Shown here piece by piece: positions 21,081-31,707 of a stretch of 64,000 nt of DNA. Numbering within the stretch: position 1 is the stretch's first letter; each line of letters starts with the position of its first letter. Below the pieces are notes generated by a model. That model made no database searches, was not told the DNA's origin, and saw nothing but the letters and a program-made list of their open reading frames with translations. Location of the stretch: the NCBI GenBank assembly GCA_020635455.1, contig JACJZT010000003.1:522143-586142 (forward strand), given 5' to 3'. The position numbers and the translations under genes are program-made. The DNA is from Flavobacteriales bacterium (GTDB lineage: Bacteria > Bacteroidota > Bacteroidia > NS11-12g > UBA9320).

Positions 21081-22166
21081 ATGTTGTTTGATTCAGATTA
21101 CAAGAATTGGATAATTGAAGTTAAATCAAAGATCCGTGCGGCTCAAATGAAAACGGTAATGGCTGTAAATGCCGCCGTTATTGAGTTTTATTGGGATTTA
21201 GGGAAAATGATTGCCGAAAAACAAACGGCTTGGGGAACTAAATTTTTAGAACAACTATCTATAGATTTACAAACCGAGTTTCCGGATATGAAAGGCTTAT
21301 CGAATCGTAATCTTAAGTACTGTCGTAGTTTCTACTTGTTTTATGCAAGTGCAATTGGGCAACAGCTTGTTGCCCAAAATAAAAACACTGAAAATGAGGC
21401 AAATACAATTGCGCAACAGCTTGTTGCCCAATTGGTGCAAATTCCATGGGGACACAACATTCTTATATTTACAAAATCCGAAAATACAACTGTTGCCATA
21501 TTTTATATTCAACAAACTATTGAAAATGCTTGGGGAAGAGAGACCTTAGCATTGCAAATAAAATCGCAATTATGGGAACGACAGGGCAAGGCCATTAACA
21601 ATTTTAAAAATACCTTGCCCGAACCAATGTCTGATTTAGCACAGCAAACATTGAAAGACCCTTATAATTTTGATTTTATAGCCATGGCTACTCACATGAA
21701 AGAACGTGATTTGGAAAATCAATTGGTAAAACACATCTCTAAATTTTTGTTGGAATTGGGCAAAGGTTTTGCTTTTGTGGGACAACAATTTCATTTAGAA
21801 ATAGCAGATCAAGATTATTATATCGACCTGCTTTTTTACCACATAAAGCTGAAATGTTATGTAGTAATAGAATTAAAAAACACCAAATTTATGCCCGAAT
21901 ATGCAGGAAAAATAAATTTCTACTTATCGGCAATTGATACGCTGCTAAAACAAGCCGACGACAAACCATCTATAGGCATTGTGTTGTGCAGAGATAAAAA
22001 TAACATAGAAGCAGAGTTTGCTTTGCGCGATATTGGCAAACCCATAGGTGTTAGCGAATTTAGTTTTACCGAAATTTTGCCCGAAGAACTTAAAAGCAGT
22101 TTGCCAACCATAGAAGAGCTGGAAGAAGAATTTAGAAACCTAGATACGTTTGCTGATGAAGATTAA
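21081..22166 (+). CDS. DUF1016/YhcG-family PD-(D/E)xK nuclease-fold protein embedded in the Type I RM operon
   Basis: The N-terminus is typical of YhcG. PD-(D/E)xK core (IDLLFYH ... VVIELK). Its position between hsdM and hsdS is typical for this family. Confidence 0.7.
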   Translation: MLFDSDYKNWIIEVKSKIRAAQMKTVMAVNAAVIEFYWDLGKMIAEKQTAWGTKFLEQLSIDLQTEFPDMKGLSNRNLKYCRSFYLFYASAIGQQLVAQNKNTENEANTIAQQLVAQLVQIPWGHNILIFTKSENTTVAIFYIQQTIENAWGRETLALQIKSQLWERQGKAINNFKNTLPEPMSDLAQQTLKDPYNFDFIAMATHMKERDLENQLVKHISKFLLELGKGFAFVGQQFHLEIADQDYYIDLLFYHIKLKCYVVIELKNTKFMPEYAGKINFYLSAIDTLLKQADDKPSIGIVLCRDKNNIEAEFALRDIGKPIGVSEFSFTEILPEELKSSLPTIEELEEEFRNLDTFADED

Positions 22167-23457
22167 CATAGAGAAATATCCTGAATATAAAGATTCGGGG
22201 GCTGAATGGTTAGGTGATATCCCTCAACATTGGGAAACCCTTTCCAACAAATATGTTTTTCAACTTAAGAAAAACCAAGTTGGAAAAAAATCGGGAGATT
22301 ATGTTTTACTTTCATTAACGCTTAATGGCGTTATTAAACGAGACATGGAAAATCCTCAAGGAAAATTTCCTGCTGAATTCAGCACTTATCAAGAGGTTAA
22401 AAAAGGTGATTTCATTTTCTGCCTATTTGATGTGGAAGAAACACCTAGATGTGTTGGGCTTTCAGATTTTGACGGGATGATAACAGGGGCATATACTGTT
22501 ATGGAACCTTATGAAAACCTTGATAGAAACTTTTTGTATTATTTCTATTTGAATATGGATTCAGATAAAAGACTTAAACCATTATACACTGGTTTAAGAA
22601 ATACAATTTCCAAAGAAAATTTCTTTTCATTTAAAACCTTCGTACCACCCCTCCCTGAACAAACAGCCATTGCCGCCTTTCTCGACCGCAAAACGGCCTT
22701 GATAGACCAAGCCATTGACATCAAACAAAAGCAAATAGAACTGCTCAAAGAACGCAGGCAAATATTGATACACAAAGCCGTTACCCGTGGGCTAAACCCC
22801 AATGTAAAAATGAAGGATAGTGGTGTGGAATGGATTGGGGAGATACCGGAGGGATGGGAGGTGAAGAGGTTAGCATCTTTTGGAAAATTTTCAAAAGGTG
22901 GTGGGTTTTCAAAAGCTGATTTGGCGGAGAGTGGGGTTTCAGCGATTTTGTATGGAGATATTTATACAAAATATGATATTCAAATAAATAAAGGTGTCCG
23001 TTTTATTTCAAATGAAACGGCAAAAAAATCAATTGAATTAGTAAAAGGAAATCTTTTATTTACCGGTTCTGGTGAAACAATGGAAGATATTGGTAAATGT
23101 GTAGTTTTCTCTAGTGATGAAAAAACGGTTGCAGGTGGGGATGTTATAATTTTTGAACAATATCAAAATGATAATCTTTATTTAAGCTATGTACTAAATA
23201 CAGAAGGTGCAAAATTTGAAAAGGCAAAACACTCAAAAGGTGAAATCATTGTCCATACATATGGTTCTAAATTGAGAAATATTTATATTCCAATTCCACC
23301 AGTAAAGGAACAAGCTGAAATATCAGAGCATATTGAGGTAGCTACTTTCAAAATCGCCACCTCCATTTCCCTCAAAGATCAAGAAATAGAAAAGCTAAAA
23401 GAATATAAAGCCACATTGATAAATAGTACGGTAACGGGTAAGATAAAAGTTTATTAA
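22150..23457 (+). CDS. hsdS: Type I restriction-modification specificity subunit
   Basis: Two TRDs separated by a conserved central repeat (LKERRQILIHKAVTRGLNP) and duplicated SG[AV]EW[LI]G[DE]IP..WE motifs. 435 aa. Confidence 0.85.
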   Translation: MLMKINIEKYPEYKDSGAEWLGDIPQHWETLSNKYVFQLKKNQVGKKSGDYVLLSLTLNGVIKRDMENPQGKFPAEFSTYQEVKKGDFIFCLFDVEETPRCVGLSDFDGMITGAYTVMEPYENLDRNFLYYFYLNMDSDKRLKPLYTGLRNTISKENFFSFKTFVPPLPEQTAIAAFLDRKTALIDQAIDIKQKQIELLKERRQILIHKAVTRGLNPNVKMKDSGVEWIGEIPEGWEVKRLASFGKFSKGGGFSKADLAESGVSAILYGDIYTKYDIQINKGVRFISNETAKKSIELVKGNLLFTGSGETMEDIGKCVVFSSDEKTVAGGDVIIFEQYQNDNLYLSYVLNTEGAKFEKAKHSKGEIIVHTYGSKLRNIYIPIPPVKEQAEISEHIEVATFKIATSISLKDQEIEKLKEYKATLINSTVTGKIKVY

Positions 23458-23470
23458 AAATAAAAGCCAA

Positions 23471-24541
23471 GTGAGTATAAAAGATGTGAAATTTGAAGAG
23501 TTGCAATCCTATCAAAGTGTATTGCAATCATTAAAACAGAAAAACAGACAAAAACACCTGCTAATAGGTAATGGATTTAGCATGGCGTATGACGCAAAGA
23601 TATTTTCTTATAATGCGCTTTATAAATTTATTGATGAACTGGATAATGAAATGTTGTCCAAACTATTCGAAGTTATAAATACTAAAAACTTTGAATTGGT
23701 AATGCAACAATTGGATAATTTCATTGAAATAGCCGAAGCATTTGAAGTTGATAAGAAATTTACCGAGAAGTTAAAAAAGGCAAATGAAATACTAAGAAAC
23801 AGTTTAATTGATGCAATTAGCAAACTACATCCTGAACATGTTTTTGAAGTTTCATTTGAGAAAAGTCAATCATGTGCTAATTTTTTAACAGAGTACCTAG
23901 ATAATAATGGCTTTGTATTTTCAACAAACTATGATTTATTAATGTATTGGGTTTTATTGAGAAATGAATTAAAAAATGCGGGTGATGGATTTGGTAGAGA
24001 ATTGACTAACCCTGAAGAATTAAAAAAGGGCAATAATGCGGAATGGTCAGATTTACAATGGGGAAAAAATAAGGATGAACAAAAAGTATTTTATCTGCAC
24101 GGAACTTTGTCAATTTTTGATACTGGAATTGAAATTGAAAAGGAAGTTTACACTTCAAATAATTATCTACTCCAAAATATTAAGCATCGATTGGATGCTA
24201 AGGATTATCCAATTTTTGTGACCGCCGGCAATGGAAATGAAAAATTAGAACATATCACGCACAATAGATATTTGACTTTTTGCTATGAGCAATTATCAAA
24301 AATAGAAGGTTCTTTAATCAGTTTTGGGTTTAATTTTGGTGAATATGATGAGCATATTATTAGTGCTATCAACAAAGCCGCAAAAGATGGATTAATGCCT
24401 GCCGATGGGAAAAAACTTTACAGTATTTATATTGGAATATATTCAAAGGAAAATCTGGAGCATATAAAAAAAATTGAACATAAATTCCGATGTAAAGTAT
24501 GTGTTTATAATGCAAGCACTGCTAATATATGGGGAGATTAA
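23471..24541 (+). CDS. hypothetical protein (possibly DUF4917-like) embedded in the Type I RM operon
   Basis: 356 aa with an N-terminal LLIGNGFSMAY motif. The family assignment is from memory only. Confidence 0.4.
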   Translation: MSIKDVKFEELQSYQSVLQSLKQKNRQKHLLIGNGFSMAYDAKIFSYNALYKFIDELDNEMLSKLFEVINTKNFELVMQQLDNFIEIAEAFEVDKKFTEKLKKANEILRNSLIDAISKLHPEHVFEVSFEKSQSCANFLTEYLDNNGFVFSTNYDLLMYWVLLRNELKNAGDGFGRELTNPEELKKGNNAEWSDLQWGKNKDEQKVFYLHGTLSIFDTGIEIEKEVYTSNNYLLQNIKHRLDAKDYPIFVTAGNGNEKLEHITHNRYLTFCYEQLSKIEGSLISFGFNFGEYDEHIISAINKAAKDGLMPADGKKLYSIYIGIYSKENLEHIKKIEHKFRCKVCVYNASTANIWGD

Positions 24542-24553
24542 TTTAGAAGAAAA

Positions 24554-26353
24554 ATGAATCAGTTATTATATACCGTTGAAGATGTTTTTTCAAAAAAAGG
24601 TTACTTGAATGAACAAGGTAAGGATTACTTTAATATACCTCATTATCAAAGAGGATATAAATGGGAGCCAAAGAATGTAACTAAACTTTTGGATGACATT
24701 GATAATTTCGAACATTCGAATGATAAGTTTTATTGTCTTCAAAATATTACCATTGTTGCTAAGGAAAATTTTTTTAATGTTATAGATGGACAACAGCGCT
24801 TAACTACTTTAACTATTTTACTATCTTTTTTGAATAAAAAGGAATTGGTTAATAATAAAGTTCGTTTTCCAAAAAATTCCATTAGGAAACAAACCAATAG
24901 ATTTCTGAATAACATTATTACAAATGTATTGGTCTGCTTTCCCAACACAAATTGGGAAGATTTTATATCTAATGAACCGGATTATGACCATCAGGATATT
25001 CATCACATTTTTATGGTGTATAATGCTGTAGAAAATTGGTTTAAAGAAAAACAACACCCCAAATACAATTTTAGTCAAATTAATTTTACTTCGAAATTGC
25101 TTCGGTCTGTTAAAATTATTGTAAATAAAATAGATGGAACAGCAGGTGAAGAAAAGGTTTTTGGTAATCTAAATTCTAAAAGGGTTTCTCTTGATGGTGC
25201 TGATTTGGTAAGGGCTATATTAATTACTCGAGTGGCAAATGAAGAAGGGAAACGAGAGAGTGACATTAAAAACATTGTTAGAGTAAATGAACGTAGAGTT
25301 AAAATTGGCTGGGAATTAGACCAAATCAATAACTGGTGGAGTCGAGATGAAGTCAAAAATTATTTTTCAAAATTAGTAACGATAGAATCCGAAGAAGTTG
25401 GTGTAGGTAACAAACTTTTTAATGAATTTAAATATCCAATAAATAATTTGTACCTCCTTTTTGCTGAAAAAAGGGGAGAAGCTAAACTAACGTTAGAATT
25501 AATTGAAAGACATAACAATGATGCATTGGGCTTGTATAAAGATATTATCAAATTACATAATACATTACAAGATTGGTATCAGGACCGCAAAATATATCAC
25601 TTTTTAGGTTTTTTGTTTAATAACAAGCCGAACAAAAAATTTCAGTTTAATGTTATTTGGAATCTATGGGAAGAATGTAAGACCAGAGAGGCATTTATTT
25701 CCGGTTTAAAAGAAATAATGTTTAAAGTTATTTCTATAGATGATGAATTAATAAATTTTAAAGATGATACAATAAATTGGTATAGTGAAAGTCCAGATAG
25801 ATTAGTTAATGCACTGGTCTTAATGGATGTAATTTATTCCATAAAGGATAATCAAAATTACCTACCTTACTTTGCCTTTACTAAAAAGAGTAATGATATT
25901 GAGCATATATTTCCTCAAAATCCAAGAAAAGTTGAAGAGCAAAAAGATTATATAATATTTTTAAATAAAACTTATATGCCTGCTGATAAACAATTTGATT
26001 TGTCAAAGTTTGATATAAAAAAGAATGATGAAAAATACCAAGAACAAGTAAATAAGTTTATTATAGATCAAACCAGTTCTTTTAAGATAAACTCTATAGG
26101 GAATTTAGTGTTATTATACTCTAAATTGAACAGAAGTATTAGCAATTCTAAATATGCAGATAAAAGGGCAAGAATTATTTCACATCACAACGATGGTAAT
26201 TTTATTCAACCTCATACATTTAGAGTTTTCGTTAGAAATTTTAATAATACAGCCAATGAAAACAAAGATTATGAACATTGGACAAATATTGATATTGAAA
26301 CCAATGCTACTTTCATTGATAACGAAATAAAAACCTTTTTTAATTTAAAATAA
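24554..26353 (+). CDS. GmrSD-like Type IV restriction enzyme candidate (DUF262 N-terminal domain plus DUF1524/His-Me C-terminal domain)
   Basis: DUF262 motifs (IPHYQRGYKW and DGQQRLTTL). C-terminal EHIFPQNP, a His-Me-finger-like motif. Confidence 0.7.
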   Translation: MNQLLYTVEDVFSKKGYLNEQGKDYFNIPHYQRGYKWEPKNVTKLLDDIDNFEHSNDKFYCLQNITIVAKENFFNVIDGQQRLTTLTILLSFLNKKELVNNKVRFPKNSIRKQTNRFLNNIITNVLVCFPNTNWEDFISNEPDYDHQDIHHIFMVYNAVENWFKEKQHPKYNFSQINFTSKLLRSVKIIVNKIDGTAGEEKVFGNLNSKRVSLDGADLVRAILITRVANEEGKRESDIKNIVRVNERRVKIGWELDQINNWWSRDEVKNYFSKLVTIESEEVGVGNKLFNEFKYPINNLYLLFAEKRGEAKLTLELIERHNNDALGLYKDIIKLHNTLQDWYQDRKIYHFLGFLFNNKPNKKFQFNVIWNLWEECKTREAFISGLKEIMFKVISIDDELINFKDDTINWYSESPDRLVNALVLMDVIYSIKDNQNYLPYFAFTKKSNDIEHIFPQNPRKVEEQKDYIIFLNKTYMPADKQFDLSKFDIKKNDEKYQEQVNKFIIDQTSSFKINSIGNLVLLYSKLNRSISNSKYADKRARIISHHNDGNFIQPHTFRVFVRNFNNTANENKDYEHWTNIDIETNATFIDNEIKTFFNLK

Positions 26354-26355
26354 TA

Positions 26356-28581
26356 ATGAGCTCAATAAAGGCAATGCAAGAAATATCTGTTGAAGAATTA
26401 ATGTGTAATTACAACTTAATTGTTCCGGAAATTCAACGGGAATACGTTTGGGGTTTTAATGATAATGGAATACTGGACACCTTCATTCTAGATATAAAAG
26501 AAGGTTATAAAAAGAACAAGGATACCAGCAACTTTCCTAAATCCGAACTTGAAGCTATTAAAAAATTAATCTTAAATTCAAATGATGTCATAGCTAAAAA
26601 TAGTTTGAATAAAATTATTAATAATATAAATAATACTAGCGATCCATTAAATATAGGTTTCCTTTATTCGTATCGTCCAGATTATTATGTATTTAACGAT
26701 ATAAATGAAGATTTATATTTAATTGATGGGCAGCAAAGGTTTACTACTTTATTTTTAATTCTATTTTATCTGTCATTAAAAGAAGGAAAACAGGATGATT
26801 TTATAACTCTTTTTAGATTTGATAGAACAATTGAGCGAATAGCATTTGATTACCGAGTTCGCACATTAACCCATAACTTTTTTATTGATCTAATAAGCTA
26901 TTCAAATACAGTTGAAGATCTTTTGAATATCAGGTATAAGAATTGGTTTTTATCAAATTATGATAATGACGTAACAGTAAATGCAATTGTTGGGCAAAAA
27001 TCAAAAGAGAATTCAGGAGTTTTTAAAAAACTTGATTTGCATTTTAAAAATGACACAATCGAGTATTATGATTTTATAAAAACTCAAATTAAATTTTGGC
27101 ATTTCAAGACTGAAGAAACCTCACAAGGTGAAGAATTATATATTACAATGAATTCAAGGGGTCAACAATTAGCTGACAATGAAACTATAAGAGCTAGATT
27201 GTTTGACAACGAAGAAGTTAAGAAAAATCCGCTCGAATGGAGTGAAAAATGGGAAATCTGGCAAGACTTTTTTTGGAAGAATCGAAATAAAAACACAATA
27301 GAAATTACAGCGGACGAAGGCTTTAATGAGTTTCTGAGGTGGATACAAATCATAAAAATGACGGAGAACCAAAAAACAATAATTGATGATGATAATGAAG
27401 AAGCGGTAGACAAGAAGGCTATAATTGATGTTATTAAATGGGGTAATGGAAAAAAACTTGATATTAATTTTCTGCAACTTCAAGAAATAGAAATTTATTT
27501 CAATGCTTTAAAATTTTTGTATGAAGATTTTCCTAAAGAATTAGATAGTGTTAAATTGAAATATAACTCTTATAAGAATTTTAATTTGATAGAAAAGGAA
27601 TGGTTATCCCCAACCTCAAATAATAATAATATAGAACAAATAGATTGCTTTAGGCTTCTTCCAATATTATATTATATTAAAATTAGGCAATCAAATAATA
27701 ATAAACCTGATAGTTTAAAATTATTTCGCATAATTAGATTTTTTTATAATTTAAAGAGGGACAGGAATATTGGAAAGGCTGCATCTATTCAATGCATAAA
27801 TGGACTAAAACTTATCAGTAAATTAGATACTAACAGTGAAATTGAAGATATTTTAGAAATAAAGGGAATATCATCGACCATTTTAAATGCAGAAGAAAGA
27901 TTAAAACTTCAAATTCTTAAATCTTCAACCAATAGATTTAAAGCTGAAGATTTATTTTGGCTGGCAGAAGATATAGACCAAAATGATGGAGAAATAGCAC
28001 ATTTAATAAATCTTACAAAAAGTAATAACATTGATAAATTTGATTTAGTACTTTTTGAAGAGTACTTAAATATTTTTATAGAATTAATAGATAATGAAAA
28101 TGAAATTTGGGGTAATTTAATTAACACAGATGTTTACGTTGAATCTGGAGATAGAATAAAATATATAGAGGACTGGCATAAAAGTAAAGGTTTTCTGAAC
28201 TTATTATTATCAAGACACCATTCGAGTAAGATTATTTTAAAAGATTTTTTAAGGAATGCTCAAAAAATATTTATTAAATATTATAAATCTATTGATGAAT
28301 TAAGAGAAGAATCTTCATTTAAAAACCAAATATATATTTACTTTATTATCCAAAATAACATTTATCAAGATTTAAAACTAGACTTTTGGTGGGCAGGTTG
28401 GAATGTTGGTGCTTATAGCAAATATTCTGGTTACAATTCAATATTTGCAAAAAGTTACATTTATCAAAATTTTGATTCACAATTCAGAGAAAATCAAACT
28501 AAGATATTATGGATACACAGCCAAAAGAAAGACAAAAATATGCTCATTGAAGAATTATTATTATGGTCAAAACAAAACTAA
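26356..28581 (+). CDS. DUF262 domain protein (second GmrSD-like/ParB-like NTPase-nuclease paralogue)
   Basis: PEIQREYVW and DGQQRFTTL motifs. 741 aa. The C-terminal region is unrecognised. The stop overlaps the hsdR start. Confidence 0.65.
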   Translation: MSSIKAMQEISVEELMCNYNLIVPEIQREYVWGFNDNGILDTFILDIKEGYKKNKDTSNFPKSELEAIKKLILNSNDVIAKNSLNKIINNINNTSDPLNIGFLYSYRPDYYVFNDINEDLYLIDGQQRFTTLFLILFYLSLKEGKQDDFITLFRFDRTIERIAFDYRVRTLTHNFFIDLISYSNTVEDLLNIRYKNWFLSNYDNDVTVNAIVGQKSKENSGVFKKLDLHFKNDTIEYYDFIKTQIKFWHFKTEETSQGEELYITMNSRGQQLADNETIRARLFDNEEVKKNPLEWSEKWEIWQDFFWKNRNKNTIEITADEGFNEFLRWIQIIKMTENQKTIIDDDNEEAVDKKAIIDVIKWGNGKKLDINFLQLQEIEIYFNALKFLYEDFPKELDSVKLKYNSYKNFNLIEKEWLSPTSNNNNIEQIDCFRLLPILYYIKIRQSNNNKPDSLKLFRIIRFFYNLKRDRNIGKAASIQCINGLKLISKLDTNSEIEDILEIKGISSTILNAEERLKLQILKSSTNRFKAEDLFWLAEDIDQNDGEIAHLINLTKSNNIDKFDLVLFEEYLNIFIELIDNENEIWGNLINTDVYVESGDRIKYIEDWHKSKGFLNLLLSRHHSSKIILKDFLRNAQKIFIKYYKSIDELREESSFKNQIYIYFIIQNNIYQDLKLDFWWAGWNVGAYSKYSGYNSIFAKSYIYQNFDSQFRENQTKILWIHSQKKDKNMLIEELLLWSKQN

Positions 28582-28582
28582 C

Positions 28583-31500
28583 ATGCCAAGTAACACCAAC
28601 GAACAAGCCCTCGAATCAACCATTGAAAAACGCCTTACAGGTGCGAGTATAGAAGAACTCAAGTTTGAGGGAATTGGAGTTCATCCGGCCAATGATCGGG
28701 TAGCTTTATACCGCGCCGGCAATGGCTATTTTATTGGTTCAACCGAAAATTTTAATGCCAAATATGCTATAGATGAATACCGCTTTTGGGATTTTTTACA
28801 AACCACCCAAAAAGACGAACTCGCTAAACTTCAAAAACAAAGCGACTGGAAATTAAAGATTCTCGAACGCTTGGATCGCATGATTAAAAAGTACGGTATC
28901 CTACGTTTGTTTCGCAAAGGGTTGGATGTGGATGATGCCCACTTTACCTTGCTATATCCCTTACCGTTGGCAAGCAGCAGCAATATAATCAAAACCAATT
29001 TTGATAACAATCAATTTAGCTCAACACGTCAGCTTCGCTATTCACTAAGCAACCCCGGCGAAGAAATTGATATGGTGCTTTTTGTAAACGGTTTGCCCTT
29101 TGCCACCATGGAATTAAAAAATCACTGGACCGGGCAAAATGCCAAGGTTCATGGGCAGCATCAATACAAATTTAAACGAGATATTACGCAACCTTTGTTA
29201 AACTTTGGTCGCTGTATTGTGCATTTTGCCGTAGATACCGATGAGGCCTATATGACCACCAAACTCGATGGTGCGAACACTTACTTTTTGCCATTCAACT
29301 TAGGTCAGCGTGAACCCCTGTTTGGCAAAGGCAATCCCCCCAATCCCTTTGGTCATAAAACCTCCTATTTGTGGGAAGAAATATTTACCCGGGAAAGTGT
29401 CGCCAACATTATCCAACATTTTGTTCGCTTTGATGGCAAAGACACCGATCCCTTAGCTAAAAAAACCTTGTATTTTCCGCGCTATCATCAATTGGATGTG
29501 GTGCGAAAACTTATTGCCGATGCCGGTAAAAATGGGGTCGGTCAAACCTATTTAATTCAACATTCGGCCGGCTCCGGTAAATCAAACTCCATAACTTGGG
29601 CCGCATATCAATTAATTGAAACCTACCCCGAAAGCGATTCAATTCCCGGCAGCAAAGGAATTTCCAATCCCCTCTTCGATTCTGTGATTGTTGTAACTGA
29701 CAGAAGGTTGTTAGACAAACAGCTCCGTGAAAATATTAAAGAGTTTTCGGAAGTAAAAAATATTGTAGCACCTGCTTATTCATCCAAAGAACTCAAAGAA
29801 AGTTTGGAAAGTGGTAAAAAAATCATCATCACAACCATTCAGAAATTTCCATTTATCGTAGATGGTATTGCAGATTTAAGCGAAAAGCGTTTTGCAGTAA
29901 TTATTGATGAGGCCCATAGCAGTCAAAGTGGTACAGCGGCCGGCAAAATGAATCAGGCCATGGGAAATTCATCGGAAGAAAACGAAGAGGAAGACGAAGA
30001 TCCGCAAGATAAGATATTGGAAGCCATGCGTTCGCGTAAAATGCGCGGCAATGCCTCTTACCTGGCCTTTACTGCTACCCCTAAAAACAATACCTTAGAA
30101 AGATTTGGCATAAAACAAGCCGATGGAAAGTTTAAGCCATTTCATCTTTATTCAATGAAACAGGCCATCGAAGAAGGTTTTATTTTAGATGTACTGGCAA
30201 ACTATACAACCTACAAAAGCTATTACGAAATAGAAAAATCGATACAGGAAAATCCATTGTTTGATTCGGTAAAAGCCCAGAAGAAATTAAGAACCTATGT
30301 TGAACAGAACAAGCAAACCATAGGCACCAAAGCTGAGATTATACTGGATCACTTTATAAGCAAATTGGTCAATACCAAAAAGTTGAAAGGAAAGGCAAAG
30401 GCCATTGTTGCGGCACAAAGTATTGAATCTGCCATCAACTACTATTTTGCTTTGAAGAAACTCCTTGAAGAAAAAGGCAATCCATTCAGAATTGCCATTG
30501 CATTTTCCGGTATGAAAAAAATCAAAGGCATTGAATATACAGAAGATAGTATCAATGATTTTCTTGCCAATATGGATACCGCCAAACCAACGGATCCGGG
30601 TTATATCAGCGACAAAATTGCCCGTTATTTCGATATGGATGAATACCGCATTTTGGTGGTTGCAAATAAATACCTAACGGGTTACGATCAGCCCAAACTA
30701 ACTGCGATGTATGTTGACAAAAAATTGCAAGGGGTAATAGCTGTTCAAGCCCTTTCGCGCTTAAATCGTTCTTCGGATAAACTTGGTAAAAAAACAGAAG
30801 ATCTATTCATTCTCGATTTTTATAACACGACTGAGGAAATTAAAAAGTCATTCGATCCATTTTATACTGCTACGTCCTTAAGCAGGGAAACCGACATTAA
30901 TGTATTACACGATTTAAAATCCAATCTGGATAATGTTGGTGTTTATGAATGGAGCGAAGTAGAAGATTTTGTTGCTAAATACTTTAAAGGGGTAAATGCA
31001 CAGGAATTAAGTCCGATACTTGACATAGCTGCAGAACGATTTAATACAATACTTGAATTAGAAGATGAGGCAAAGGCAGATTATAAAATTAAGGCGAAAC
31101 ACTTTGTAAAAATATACGGACAAATGGCGTCCATAATGCCTTATGAAGTGGTTGTCTGGGAGAAGCTATTTTGGTTTCTAAAATTCTTGATTCCCAAATT
31201 AATTATAGTTGATAAGGAGAAGGACGCATTAGATGGCTTATTAAATTCCGTTGACCTATCAACCTACGGCTTGGAGCGAGTAAAACTTAACACCAGCATT
31301 GGTCTGGATGCTACCGAAACAGAAGTAGACCCTCAAAACCCCAATCCACGTGGAGTACATTCCGGTTCTGATAAAGAAGAACTGGATTTAATCATTCAAA
31401 GCTTTAACGAACGCTGGTTTCAAGGATGGGAGGCAACACCGGAGGAGCAAAGGGCCAAGTTTATTAATTTAGCACAAAAAATAAAGGAACACTCAGATTT

Positions 31501-31684
31501 TAAAGAGAAATACGCCGATAATACAGATACTCAAAATAGAGAATTGGCATTCAATAAAATTTTTGACGAAATAATGGGCAAACAGCGAAAAAACGAACTT
31601 GATCTATACCGTTTGATCTCTCAGGACGAAGGGTTTAAAACAGCCATGCAAGATACTATTAAGAGGATGTTGAGGGTGGCGTAG
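28583..31684 (+). CDS. hsdR: Type I restriction enzyme endonuclease subunit
   Basis: Walker A (HSAGSGKS) and a DEAH box (IIDEAHSSQSG). The N-terminal nuclease region is typical of HsdR. The start was chosen at the MPSNT Met (28583), immediately after the upstream stop, rather than at the ORF-track start (28403), which overlaps the preceding gene. Confidence 0.9.
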   Translation: MPSNTNEQALESTIEKRLTGASIEELKFEGIGVHPANDRVALYRAGNGYFIGSTENFNAKYAIDEYRFWDFLQTTQKDELAKLQKQSDWKLKILERLDRMIKKYGILRLFRKGLDVDDAHFTLLYPLPLASSSNIIKTNFDNNQFSSTRQLRYSLSNPGEEIDMVLFVNGLPFATMELKNHWTGQNAKVHGQHQYKFKRDITQPLLNFGRCIVHFAVDTDEAYMTTKLDGANTYFLPFNLGQREPLFGKGNPPNPFGHKTSYLWEEIFTRESVANIIQHFVRFDGKDTDPLAKKTLYFPRYHQLDVVRKLIADAGKNGVGQTYLIQHSAGSGKSNSITWAAYQLIETYPESDSIPGSKGISNPLFDSVIVVTDRRLLDKQLRENIKEFSEVKNIVAPAYSSKELKESLESGKKIIITTIQKFPFIVDGIADLSEKRFAVIIDEAHSSQSGTAAGKMNQAMGNSSEENEEEDEDPQDKILEAMRSRKMRGNASYLAFTATPKNNTLERFGIKQADGKFKPFHLYSMKQAIEEGFILDVLANYTTYKSYYEIEKSIQENPLFDSVKAQKKLRTYVEQNKQTIGTKAEIILDHFISKLVNTKKLKGKAKAIVAAQSIESAINYYFALKKLLEEKGNPFRIAIAFSGMKKIKGIEYTEDSINDFLANMDTAKPTDPGYISDKIARYFDMDEYRILVVANKYLTGYDQPKLTAMYVDKKLQGVIAVQALSRLNRSSDKLGKKTEDLFILDFYNTTEEIKKSFDPFYTATSLSRETDINVLHDLKSNLDNVGVYEWSEVEDFVAKYFKGVNAQELSPILDIAAERFNTILELEDEAKADYKIKAKHFVKIYGQMASIMPYEVVVWEKLFWFLKFLIPKLIIVDKEKDALDGLLNSVDLSTYGLERVKLNTSIGLDATETEVDPQNPNPRGVHSGSDKEELDLIIQSFNERWFQGWEATPEEQRAKFINLAQKIKEHSDFKEKYADNTDTQNRELAFNKIFDEIMGKQRKNELDLYRLISQDEGFKTAMQDTIKRMLRVA

Positions 31685-31707
31685 TAATTTAAATAATATG
31701 AAGTAAA

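Noticed and set aside
28403-28582. Extended N-terminus of hsdR starting at 28403
   Set aside because: It would overlap the preceding DUF262 gene by 180 nt. The Met at 28583 directly follows the upstream stop, and the recognisable HsdR sequence starts at this Met.
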